Shown here in pieces: positions 25,241 to 36,920 of a DNA stretch of 64,000 nt. Position 1 is the stretch's first letter. Every line of letters starts with the position of its first letter. The stretch comes from Scyliorhinus canicula (taxonomy: Eukaryota). The translations under genes and the position numbers were made by a program. Below the pieces are notes generated by a model that was not told where the DNA came from, made no database searches, and worked only from the letters and a program-made list of their open reading frames with translations. The stretch lies in contig NC_052148.1 in the NCBI RefSeq assembly GCF_902713615.1, positions 228,431,336 to 228,495,335 on the forward strand, in the 5' to 3' direction.

Positions 25241-26211
25241 AAATGCAGCAAGACCTGCACAATATTCAGGCTTGCGGTAGGTGACAAGTGCCTGGCAATG
25301 ACCATCTCCAACAAGAGAGAATCTAACCATTGCCCCATGACATTCAATGGCATTAACATCGTTAAATTCCCCATAATCAACATCCTGTGGGTTACCATTG
25401 ATCAGAAACTGAACTGGATTAGCCATATTAATACTGTGGCTACCAGAGCTGATGCAAGACGAGGAATCCTGCAGCAAGTAAGTCATCTCCTGACTGCCTA
25501 AAGCCTGTGCACCATCTGTAAGGCACAATCAGAAGTGTAATGGAATACTCTCCACTTGCCTGGTTGCGTGCAGCACTCAAGAAGCTCGACACAACCCAGG
25601 ACAAAGCAGCCCGCTTGATTGCTACCCTTTCCACAAACATTCAAACCCTCCACCACCGATGAACAGTTTCAGCCATGTGTACCTTCTACAAGATGCACTG
25701 CAGGAACTCATCAAAGCTCCTTAGGCAGCACCATCCAAACCCACGGCCACTACCATCTAGCAGGTCAAGAGCAGCAGATACCTGGGAATACCACCATATG
25801 GCGGTTCTCTTCCAAGTCGCTCACCAACCTGACTTGGAAATATATTGTTGTTCCTTCACTGTGGCTGGGTCAAAATCCTGGAATTCCTTCCCTAACAGCC
25901 CTGTAGGTGTACCTACACCACAGGGACTGCAGCGGTTCAAGAAGGAATCTCACCACCACCTTCGGAAGGGCAACTAGGGATGGGTAATAAATGCTGGCCA
26001 ACCAGCAAAGCCCACACAGGTGAAATAATTTTTTAAATACTAATCTTTCCTTTCTTAGATATCAATATTGAACTCCATTTGCCAGATTTTTATCCATTAC
26101 TTAATTTATCATTATCCCTTTGCACCTTTTTGCTCCTAGGTGCACTATTGACTGTGCGGTGTAATTTAGTGTCTTTGATAAACTTTGATGCACAAGTACC
26201 TATTCCTTCAG

Positions 26212-26560
26212 GGGCAGCACGGTAGCATGGTGGTTAGCATAAATGCTTCACAGCTCCAGGGTCCCAGGTTCGATTCCCGGCTGGGTCACTGCCTGTGCGG
26301 AGTCTGTACGTCCTCCCCGTGTGTGCGTGGGTTTCCTCCGGGTGCTCCGGTTTCCTCCCACAGTCCAAAGATGTGCGGGTTAGGTGGATTGGCCATGCTA
26401 AATTGCCCGTAGTGTCCTAAAAAGTAAGGTTAAGGGGGGGGTTGTTGGGTTACGGGTATAGGGTGGATACGTGGGTTTGAGTAGGGTGATCATGGCTCGG
26501 CACAACATCGAGGGCCGAAGGGCCTGTTCTGTGCTGTACTGTTCTATGTTCTATGTTCTT
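26212..26560 (+). mobile_element. Young HE1-type SINE with (GTTCTAT)n tail
   Basis: Nearly identical to 55322-55667. Confidence 0.93.
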
Positions 26561-26639
26561 TTGAAAAGAACTGAGAAACTAAGGCCCCAGGGCAGATCTT
26601 TTGGGGACAGCATTGAACACGTTACGGAGAAAGCAAGAA

Positions 26640-27125
26640 AGAATAGACTTCCATTTATCCAGCACCTTTAGTGAACTTCGAACAGTCCAAAGAACATTAC
26701 AGCCAATTAAGTACTTTTTGAAGTGTAGTCACTGTTGTAATGTAGGAAACACAGCAGCCAATTTGAGCACAGTAAGGACCCACAAATAGCAATACGATAA
26801 TGACCAGATAATCTGTCTCTCAGTTGAGCAATAAATAGTGGCCAAGACATAGGGGAAACCCTAAGGCTTTTTTTCAACATAATGAACAGTTTCAGCCATG
26901 TGTACCATCTGCAAGATGCACTGCAGGAACTCACCAAGATTCCTTTGGCAGTGCCACCAGCCAGGGCCTCTGTTCAGCATCTAGCATGATAGATGATGCC
27001 TCCCACCGTGCAGCGCACCCTTAGTACTGCATTGGAGTAGCAGTTGGATTATTTGCTCAAGTGAGTCTTGAGCCCAGGACCTGCTGACATAGTGATAGGA
27101 GAACTACCCTTGAGCCATGGCTGAC
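26640..27125 (-). mobile_element. Deu-domain SINE (SacSINE1/AmnSINE1 superfamily) about 0.6 kb upstream of the JCHAIN ATG
   Basis: The reverse complement of 26700-26815 reads TTTGTGGGTCCTTACTGTGCTCAAATTGGCTGCTGTGTTTCCTACATTACAACAGTGACTACACTTCAAAAAGTAC, which I recognise as the Deu domain. tRNA-like head at 27060-27125. Confidence 0.75.
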
Positions 27126-27579
27126 ATCCTATTGGGAGCCGACCCAATATTCCAAAGCCTCTGACTCCTAGCTACTAACTGCTTCCCTACCTACATCAAT
27201 AGGTTGTCTGCATTCTTGGTTTTTGTTAGTAGTCCTTTACACAGTGCCTGAATGAAGCCTGCTGGAGGCCCATGGAGTTTCTCTTGTCTACCACATTAGT
27301 TATCTCCTCAAAAAGTTCAACTAATTTCATTCAGCATGCTTTACAAACCTTTCTAATCACATCATATTTTCAGGGTCAGAATTGAAAGGTGGAGAAGCTA
27401 TATTAAACATCCATGAAACCTTGTTCAGAACCCACTTAAATGAGTACTGTACACAATTCTGGCCTCCATGTTATACAATAGATATGGAGAGTGAAGGTAC
27501 AAATTATAAGGATGATTTTTGTTTTCTAAGATGTCCATAATCAAAGGCAGGATAACTAGCATCTTATTTCTACACTGTA

Positions 27580-27733
27580 GCAACTTCTTAAAATGGAACA
27601 GAAACTAACGTGGAGTTATTAAAAGAACCAAACCCATAAGACAGGCAAAACAGGTTGCTGTTTCATTTTGTTGAAGCTACAGTTGTGGCTGGGTGAAAAG
27701 CTGCCACACTAAAGGAGGATCACAGACGGAGAC
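27580..27733 (+). promoter_or_regulatory. Putative JCHAIN proximal promoter and 5' UTR
   Basis: Apparently non-repetitive sequence directly 5' of the ATG. Contains TAACGTGG (27606-27613), GTTATTAAAAGAA (27615-27627; TATA/MEF2-like) and an IRF-like GTTTCATTTT near 27659. The TSS cannot be determined from sequence. Confidence 0.45.
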
Positions 27734-27800
27734 ATGATGAAGACTAAACACGTGCTCGAGGTACTTGCAGCAATTCTACTTTACACAGCGCTTGCACCAG
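27734..27800 (+). CDS. JCHAIN: Immunoglobulin J chain, coding exon 1 (signal peptide MMKTKHVLEVLAAILLYTALAP)
   Basis: ATG at 27734, then 22 codons plus 1 nt, followed by donor G|GTAAAT (phase 1). Basic N-terminus and hydrophobic core typical of a signal peptide. Joins exon 2 in frame. Confidence 0.85.
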
Positions 27801-29199
27801 GTAAATTTTAATTATTATTATATTTTGCATTATGGCATATGATGAATAAATTCATGTGTGGTTAGCCCAGAAATATAGGATGAGTAGCGTCTTCGCCATA
27901 ATAATTAGACAGCATATCAGTGAACTTAGGTTAAGTGAGGATAATGATATGAGCATTTGCCGCAGATCATTACCATGGATTGAACTTTCAATGCTCATTT
28001 GTGATAGTTGTTAACTTACCCGACAATTCTTCCTTCTACATCTGAACAAGCATGCCAAAAGTACCCATCAATCCTAATGTTGAAGTATTTTTAGTTCTTA
28101 CAGCAAATATAGCTGTAGATTAAGCACTGACTATCTGTTTCTGTGTATTACAAAATGGACAACTTGCGCTTTTAATGAACTGAGCTGTTTTCATGATGTT
28201 GGTTGAGGGATGAATGGTAATCTGCAGATTGGGAGAATTCCCCTTGTTTTCATGAGAACTTTTATGTATGCTTGAGTGGGCAGGTCATTGCTCTGGTTCA
28301 ATGCCTTGTTCTGAAGAAAGTGACAGTGCTAGATTCTACAATCTTCTAAGTCATTCCAAAAGGCATGTTTTTAAAAAAAAGAATTTACTTGTTTTCTCCA
28401 TGAAGAAATTTAACAGTGAATGTTGCATTAGAGCCATGATATGTCAACGTTTACCATCGAAACTAGAGATAGTCCACTGTTGCACCTGAACAGTTTTGTC
28501 CCTGGTTTTCTCTCTCCTATGTTCAGTGTTTCCTAACAATAATTTTTGATGTTAAAACCTGCAATGTGAGGACACAGATTTCCCCAACGCATGCACAAAT
28601 TAGTAATTTCATCTATTAACTTTTATACTTCATAAGTCAGATTGTGTCTTTCAGAACCTTCTTATTACAGGCTTTCCAGCTTTCTATTTTTTCTTGACAG
28701 GAAGTGACCTGGCTCTGCTCGATACTTTAATGTGGACAGACCAGCTTCTAAAAGAATTTTCAATTTAAGAAATTGTTGAACATACATCTAACCTTTCTCG
28801 GTGGAGCAACGAGTTAGTATATTAATATGCCAATGCGTTAACTGCCAGGTTACGTCCACTGGATTATCAGCCACAAATAACAGCAAAATTGCTAGCTCAG
28901 GTTCTGCAATTAGCTGAATAGTCTATTCTTGTTTTAGGTCAATCTTTGATTAAAGTTTAAAGCTGGAAAAGATGCAGTTACCAATGAACTGTTGTAGTTA
29001 ATGATAAATTGCAGAATATGTCACAAGTGTTTGCGTTCAAATTAACTCATCTCTTTTGTAAACTAAAACGGGTCATGATACGTGCAGGATATGCATTTTT
29101 GCCTGTTTTAACTTTAACCAATAGCCTTGTCACTCTCCTGTAGTTGAATGTGATAAATATGTATTGTATTTGACTCAAAGCAAGCGAGGATTACAATGC

Positions 29200-30070
29200 A
29201 TTGGCTGAGGCTGTAAAGAGATATCAAAAGCTGTAAAAAGACATGGACAGGTTAAATGAGTGGGAAACAAGGTGGCAGATGGAGTATAATGTGAGAAGGT
29301 GTGAGGTTATCCACTTTGGTGATAAGAATAGAAAAGAAGATCTTTTTTTGAAAGTGAGAAACTTTGAGATGTTGATGTTCAGAGAGACTCGATGTACTTG
29401 TACATAAAAAACAAAAGTTAGCATGCGGGTACTGCAAGCAATTAGGAAAGGAAATAGCATGTTGGCCTTTATTGAAAGGTGATTGGCATGCAAGAATAAG
29501 AAACTTCTTACAGGACTTTGAAGAGACCACATGGAGTGCGGTGCACGGTTTTTGCTCTCCTTATCTCAAGAAGGATATACTTGCCTTGGAGGTAGTACAG
29601 TGAAGGTTCACTAGATTGGTCCCTAGGATGAGAGGGTTTCTAATGACGAGCGACTGAGTAAATTGAGCTTGTATTCTCTTGGGTTTAGAAGACTGAGAGG
29701 GGGATCTTGTTGACGCATAATTCTGAAGAGGCTTAACTGAGAGGATGTTTCCCTTGGCTGGGTAATGTAGAACACAGGAACGCCATTTCAGGAAAAGGGG
29801 TCAATCATCGTGGACTGAGATGAGGAGAAAATCTTTGACTCAGAGGTTTGTCAGTCTTAGGAATTCTCTACTCCAGACTGTTGTCAATGCTTCACCACTT
29901 CATTATTGAGTATATTCGAGGCTGGGATAAATAGATTTTCGAACTCTCAGGAATCCATGTGGTTTGGTGGTACATGGAAAAACGGAATTAAGGCAGAAGC
30001 TCACCCTCATTATGTCAAATGGCGGTGCAGCCTCGAGGGGCCACATGGTAGACTCAGCTCCAATTTTTAA
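29200..30070 (+). mobile_element. Old CR1 3' fragment in JCHAIN intron 1
   Basis: Decayed WQMEYNVRRCEVIHFG and LERLSKLSLYSL motifs. Confidence 0.85.
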
Positions 30071-30544
30071 GGTCTTATGTTTTTATAAGTGTGGCAGTAT
30101 GACTGATATTCTTTTTTACATCCCAAAACAGTATCAGCTCTGAGCTCACTCTGTACACAGATGCTAAATGGAACATTTTAGTTATAAAATATATAACTAT
30201 TATCGTGACAAGGCTATTCAAATTCAAAATTTATAACTTGCCACAATTAAAGTGATTGCAATAAAATGAAAGATTAGTACAAATGTGGCTAAATGAAGAC
30301 ATTTAAAAAAGGCTTTCAACAAAACATAAAAGTTTGTCAAGGATTATAAAATGACGGCATAATAATGAAAACAATTTCAAAAAACAGGAATATAAATAAA
30401 AACCTTTAATAAAATGCACAAAATTAAACAATAAAATTGTCATATCACATATAAACCGATTTTAAAAACTAAATTCTGCCTCTCAGCTTTAAAAAACATG
30501 CAGTTCAGTAAGTCCAAATCATAAGAAAGTATAAGAAAGTTCTA

Positions 30545-30635
30545 GAGTATTATTCGACTCGAAACGTTAACTCTTTCTCTCTCCACAGATGTTGCCAAAC
30601 CTGCTGAGCATTTCCAGCACTTTCTGTTTTTAGTT
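30545..30635. mobile_element. Short Penelope-like terminal fragment
   Basis: TCGAAACGTTAACTC...CACAGATGTTGCCAAACCTGCTGAG...CCAGCACTTTCTG. Decayed relative at 1040-1090. Confidence 0.45.
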
Positions 30636-30729
30636 TGCTTTAATAAAAAAGTATGCATGTTTCATGAAAATAAATTCAGGTCATGTTGTTCTTTTTTTAA
30701 GAAAAATTCTACATTGCTTTTTGAATGCT

Positions 30730-32430
30730 GTGCTCACTGGGGAACGGCTTCCCATTGACGCGTCCCTTGATGGGGCACTGAGTGCCATTGAACAAGGGAC
30801 CACTCTTGGAGCCCACAAGGAAGCCTACACAGGTTCGCTTTTCATGCTCTCCACATGCCTGGGTGGCATTGCCAAGCTGGCAGGAGCTGCCAAGATGCCA
30901 GGGTGGATGTGCATGGGTGCCAGGGTGGCCTGAAAGGAGGGTAGAGGGGGTATGAAGGGGGGGGGGGTGAAGGGTAAATAAGTAGGGGCCGCAGGGGGGT
31001 GGAGGGGGTGACCGCCACTGTCTTAATAACAGTAGCGGAAGGGTGCAGCCTGTAGTCAGCATTAATTGCCTTGAGGGCCTCCATTGGCAGAAGGGCACGA
31101 AGGCCGTCCATGGGACTTGCCACCACAGACTTAATTGAGGTGGAGGAGGGAAGGTAATGTCACCCTCCTGCCTGATTAAACACTCCCCCACATCACCAAA
31201 CCTGACACAGGGACAGGCATTAAATGCTTCCCTAGGTCAAAGGTAATGTTATAACATGGGTTGTTTTGGATTTAACAAATCGTGTTGTCAGGGATGGGAA
31301 CTGTTAGTTTTTCCATATCTAATCAATGACTTAGACGAGTTACAAAACAGGTTTACAGATGGCACTAAGTTAGAAGACACCGTAAATTACCAAAATGAGA
31401 ATAGGACATTAGAACAAGACATAGATCGACTAAATGACTGAGCAAAGCTGATGGAGCTCAATGTGGGGAAGTGTGATATCATCTACTTCAAATTGAAGGA
31501 AGACAAATCACAGCATTTTCCAGATGATGGGCAGAATTTAACAGAAACATTTTGAAGTTCATTTGTTTTGTAGAGTTTCCCGCTGGCTCTGCTGGCTAGT
31601 TCCCCACAACTATCCAACCACATTTGATTTTTTTGGGGGCCATGGGGAGTTTCTCACCGGTTTAGCCCACAATTAGAATTTTTTTCAGCGCTTGGGAGCT
31701 GAACTCAGAGATCAGACCGCCATTTTGAAACAGTGCCCCGATCTTTAAGTAGGCTTGTGGGTCCCCAGCAACCCACATCCATGGGCAATGACACTCCCCA
31801 CACACATGGACACTACCTCACACCCCTCCAAGCGAGGACACCCTGCTATGGGGTCCCTGGGGGTCTTCAGGCCCCCTCACACCCTCTGACAGGTCTCCCT
31901 CCTTCCTGAACCCCCACCTGTCACCCCCTCCACCCCCCTGCGGCCCCTACTTATTTACCCTTCACCCCCCCTTCATACCCCCTCTACCCTCCTTTCAGGC
32001 CACCCTGGCACCCATGCACATCCACCCTGGCATCTTGGCAGCTCCTGCCAGCTTGGCAATGCCACCCAGGCACCTTGGCAGTGCAAGATGCCAGCTGGGC
32101 AGTGCCAAGGTGCCTGTATTCCAGGGAGACGACCATGGGACCACCGTGCACTATCCCTGGGCACCCAGGGGCCGCCAATGGACCACATTTGTGCCCAGCT
32201 GCAGCCTCGCTGGGGTGGCTAGTAGATCCCGGGAGGCAGGGTAAGCTCATGTTAGTAGGTTTAAAACCTACATAAACCTACGGCCGAATGCTGTTTGTTC
32301 ACGCCCCTTTTGGGCGGGATTTTGATTCCAACGTCTCATGGGACTTGGGTATATCCCGCGAGGCGTAAAGGCTGCCGGGAGGCCCGCGGGAGGCCTCTGC
32401 CAGGATCTACCGCTCGCATTGTGTCCTCGT
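30730..32430. mobile_element. Two oppositely oriented Harbinger-type non-autonomous fragments in intron 1, sharing a near-perfect inverted segment
   Basis: 30856-31012 is the reverse complement of 31920-32072 except for G-tract length. Confidence 0.75.
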
Positions 32431-33083
32431 TGGAGCAAAACACAGCCTGTAGACCGCGTCCGACATTTGTATTTCCTCATACCAGGCAGTGTCTTCGTAA
32501 AATTACTCTATTCCACTTTCTGAAGCCTCAATATGCTTCCTATAATATGGAGCCCAATACTGCACATTAATCTAGCCGAGTCCTTCTGTTCAACATCACT
32601 GCAGTTTCCACTGTTGCGAAGGATACAATAATTGAATAATTAGTCGATTAGTTACAAGTTTATAATTTCAATCCCAATCTAGAATGTACCTTGGTGTATA
32701 TTTTGTTCACTCTGGGCACATGATAATGATGCAAATTCTGTGAAAGCAGATCCTGTCAATCTCTTGGCATTCACAAGTGGCACTTGGAGTCATCTAGAAT
32801 CTGGGTCAGCAGCTTTTCTTTTAAACTCTTTTGTTTGTGGCCCGATGCTGTCATTTCCAGTCCAATTTACTTCTGTTAACTAGCACTGGTCCTTGGTGAC
32901 TCACTTTGACAACAAGAGGTTCAGTGTGTGCATTTGATAAGAGCTCACACACAAAAACCATACCCATACCACTTAATTAATATCTAGCTGAAGTTACACC
33001 TGGGCTTCCAGTAAAGGAAGTATTAGTTCCTCATTTTAATGATAGTTGCTTCAGTGACTGAGTAACCATGTCTATCTTTACAG

Positions 33084-33204
33084 CTGACAGCCAACTTCTA
33101 GTTTCATCGAAATGTAAGCTTTTGGAGGTGAAAACCCGAATTGTTGTGACTGAATTACCTACTGGTGCAAGAGTGGAACATATCGCCAGAGATATAAAAA
33201 TCAC
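33084..33204 (+). CDS. JCHAIN: Immunoglobulin J chain, exon 2 (ADSQLLVSSKCKLLEVKTRIVVTELPTGARVEHIARDIKIT)
   Basis: Acceptor tctttacag and donor C|GTAAGT; 121 nt, phase 1 to 2. Aligns by eye with human LVDNKCKCARITSRII...IVERNIRIIV. Confidence 0.93.
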
Positions 33205-34334
33205 GTAAGTTGATGCATCGTTGATTCCCGATCATATTCACCATATGGTAAAATTAAATGGAAAGGAATATTGCTACAAACTGATGAGAGACAGTTCTGC
33301 ACTGTGAACACGAGAAAATAAATGGAAAGGCACATAACAGAGTGGAGACAATCATTTCATCATTCAGACTAAGGCAGGTAGAGCATAGTTCTCCTGTCGG
33401 GAATGCAGGAATTCTGTCACGCCAACCATCCCACCACCACTGTCCTACAAAACAATTTCATTCCCATGATGAGCATGTAGGCTAGCGAATCTGTCAAATT
33501 TCTCCTCCATTTCTACTTCGACATTTAAAAATATCAGAATTGTAAGGAATTCTATTACCGGGTCAAAAGATTCCGGTGGTAGGATAAGCAATGTGCACAG
33601 TTTTGGTGCTATTATTCCTGTAGGATGTTTCCAAAAGCAATGACAAACTGTTGCTGTAATGAACCAAAAATGGAAAACAGCAGCACGGCAATTTGGATTG
33701 CTGCACGTTGTTGAACTCACCTTGACTGGATGGACTTGTCCAGCTGGCTGGGTACGGTGCTGCATGAGATGTAGCGACAGGATGGAATACCAGACCATGG
33801 AAATCAAGCTGATTCCAGTTAATCACAAGATGAGGAAGCCATCTCTGCTTTATCCATCCCAAAAGCCCATTGTGGCACAGAATCATTTCTTAATTAATTC
33901 AAGAACTCTTTCCCCCAATATTCTCTTCAAAGTGCAATTTTACAATATTTGTTCTAATCAGTCATTGGATTACTCAGTCAATCGGTTTCAATTGCACAAT
34001 GTGTCATTAAGTTGGTTCGAAACTACCTTTATCAGTCAGATCAGAGAGAAAAACTAAAGCGGACTTGGGTTCGGTTTGAGTCATGCTACAAACATGACGA
34101 AGTTTAAAGTTACTTGAAAGGGGCAACCTTTTATTCTATTGATAATCCAGCTTGCCCTCAATTTCAGCATTGCTATTCAGCTATGTGTAAAGGACTTTAA
34201 ATGATTGATTTTATTTAACAGCATTATAAAATTTCACCTGTAATGAAACATATCCACACACAATATGATTTAGGGGCATATGTTGAGCATCCCTGGTAAT
34301 CTCGAGATGACTGTTAATTGCTCTTTCATTACAG

Positions 34335-34415
34335 AGTTCCAATGCGAACCAGAGTGAACATTTCAGATCCAACCTCCCCAATTCAGACCAAGTTTGTCTA
34401 CAAGATTTCAGATTT
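34335..34415 (+). CDS. JCHAIN: Immunoglobulin J chain, exon 3 (VPMRTRVNISDPTSPIQTKFVYKISD)
   Basis: Acceptor ctttcattacag and donor TT|GTATGA; 81 nt, phase 2 to 2. Near-diagnostic match to human VPLNNRENISDPTSPLRTRFVYHLSD, including the NIS glycosylation sequon. Confidence 0.97.
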
Positions 34416-35656
34416 GTATGATTGCTATTTTTTTTTATTACTTTCACGATGTATAATTTCAGTGTTCAAACCATCATTTCAATTCAGATTTTACAATGTG
34501 TCATGCATGTGGTGTACAAAGCAGAAACTAGTTACTTTAAATAATTTTGCCTCTTTCGAATGGATCAGATTATTCAGAAGCGACTGTATGATAGCTTTAG
34601 TGGGCCATTTTTGTGGAAGAAGAGGAGATGAAATGGAAGCAATCAAAATTAGAAATGCAAAGGATGGGGAAACATCTTTGTCTGGAAGGTGGATCAGTAA
34701 CCGAAAGGGAGGTGAATTGTGGTTGGAGCAGGTGCTGCCAACCATGCAGGAAATGACTCCAAGCTGAGAAACATTGAAGAATGACACAACATGGGGGGAG
34801 CATGGGCTCCAAGCTTTTTTGTGCGCTGCACTTTAAACCTTGGAGGATGTGACGAAAAGGAAGAAATATTGCTGTATCCACAGGATCCGGACACATACTC
34901 GGAAGGAGGTCTGAAAGGCAGTAGCAGTCAAGTAGTACTTGGTTCCCAGTATCCCTGTGATAGCGGATTGCCCCAGTGCCATGGGGGGGGTGGGGGTGCA
35001 TTTTTTAAAGCGCAAATCCGGGCACCCTTTAAAAAAGTGCCCCGATCTCTTGCCAGCTCTATCAGGCACTGCCCCACCACCGTGATGGCATGGACAACCC
35101 CTCCAACTGCAAGTCTGTTTTATCGCCAGCACTCTGTGCACAGAATGGAAAGTACCAGTCAATGAATGCATCTTCAAATGACATATCCTGCCAACTGCAC
35201 CACTAGCCTCAGACACGGTTCAATTTTCCACGCCCCCAAGACTAACCGACCAAAAATCTTTATCATTGAGGTCTCACACCTGGCATTCATATGCTCCACC
35301 TTACCCTCATACGCTTCACACTGCTGCCAGCCTCACACATGCATCTCACAGCTTGAGCACACTGCCAGCCATTCAACCATGGCAGAAACATCAACTAAAC
35401 AAATTGCACCACATTCACCGACCCACTTCCCTCTCTCTCTCTCCATAGCAGGACAAGTGGTGCAGAACTGGAGGCAACAGGAGCTAACTGGTTGGAAACA
35501 AGCCAATGGCAGAGTGCAAACCATTGAAGAAGAGTCTATCCTTATCAATAATCCTTCTCCTCAGATCCCCCCAACTCCTCATCCCACAATCTCTTCTGTT
35601 TTACAGGTTGCAGAAGCATGTACTTCTTGCTTTTCCCACATCATAACCTTAACTCT

Positions 35657-36005
35657 GGGCAGCACGGTAGCATTATGGATAGCACAATCGCTTCACAGCT
35701 CCAGGGTCCCAGGTTCGATTCCGGCTTGGGCCACTGTCTGTGTGGAGTCTGCACATCCTCCCCGTCTGTGCGTGGGTTTCCTCCGGGTGCTCCGGTTTCC
35801 TCCCACAGTTCAAAGATGTGCAGGTTAGGTGGATTGGCCATGATAAATTGCCCTTAATGTCCAAAATTGCCCTTAGTGTTGGGTGGGGTTACTGGGTTAT
35901 GGGGATAGGGTGGAGGTGTTAACCTTGGGTAGGGTGCTCTTTCCAGGAGCCGGTGCAGACTCGATGGGCCAAATGGCCTCCTTTGGCACTGTAAATTCTA
36001 TGATT
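35657..36005 (+). mobile_element. Young HE1-type SINE (intron 3)
   Basis: Same subfamily as 24296-24652. Confidence 0.93.
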
Positions 36006-36404
36006 ATCCTTCTGCCTTCCTCCTATCAAAGACCTATAAAGTGCAACCGAACCAGACAGTGGAGGATCAGCAAAACGACAATGACAATGAAGGCACATTG
36101 AGCTCACTTTCACACTCAGCCACCAGCTCAGACTCTGCTGTGTTTAAGGATAGCACAGAGGCAGTAGGAAGTCATGTGCTGCAGTGGATAGTGTCCCAGC
36201 CTCTGAACCAGAAGCTCTGGGTTCAAGTCACCCTATGGCCACGGAAGGAGCATTCTTAACGTGGCCAAACAGGTTAATTATCAACCTGCAAGCCCTTCCA
36301 AAGTGCCTACAGGGGGAGTCTCCTAGCCAGCCATGCTTGCTGCAGATTCCTTAGCTATAGCTTCTGGTGACAGGCTAGAGACCTGGACCAGGGTTCTCCG
36401 AGCC

Positions 36405-36920
36405 CGCAGTGGGTCAGAGAATCGCCGGGGTGGGCATGTAAATCCCGCCACGCCGCTCCGACACCGGGCCGCCGATTCTCCGGCGACCAGAGAATCGGCG
36501 GCAATCGTGCCAGCGCAGTCACCGCGGTGCCGGTCGGAGGCCGTTGAAAGCTGCAGCGATTCTGCGCGCTCGACGGGCCGATGCCCGCCAAGTCCCGTCG
36601 GCGTTGTTTGTGTATGGTCCTACCCGGCGGGACCTCGGCGTTCTGGCTGCGGGGGCCGTCCTGGTGGGGTAGGGGGGGCAAGTGGAACCAGCTCTGGGGA
36701 GGTTTCTCAGCTGCTCAGTTGGTAGCAAGGTCTGTCCCTTCCTGATGGTGAGGTAGTACAACACACACTGGCCAGAATTCTCCCACCATCGGGATTCTCT
36801 TTTCCCACCGGCAGCGCACCCTGCCCACGGGTTTCCCGGCCGTGTGGGGTGACTTCAATGGGAAATTCCATTGATAAGCTGCGGGGAGACAGAATCCCGC
36901 CACCAGCGAATGGTGCGCCG
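36405..36920. mobile_element. Harbinger-type MITE fragments immediately 5' of the 46-bp array
   Basis: GAGAATCGCC, GATTCTCC and CAGAATCCCGCC motifs shared with the MITE at 56558-57252. Confidence 0.7.

Larger units (their letters stand above)
22780..26020 (+). mobile_element. L2/CR1-group LINE ORF2 (endonuclease-RT), decayed, carrying three SINE insertions
   Basis: NYRSISLLSII, TAGVPQGHLQGPTIFSCFINNL and MEYSPLAW motifs. 3' tail AATAAATGCTGGCC. Confidence 0.85.

Noticed and set aside
28701-28800. Possible extra JCHAIN exon after the strong acceptor-like TTTTTTCTTGACAG
   Set aside because: Stops in all three frames, a weak donor, and exon 1 already joins exon 2 in frame, matching the known four-exon structure.
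34318-34767. 149-aa ORF as a stand-alone gene
   Set aside because: Only 34335-34415 is J-chain exon 3; the rest is intronic read-through with no recognisable similarity.
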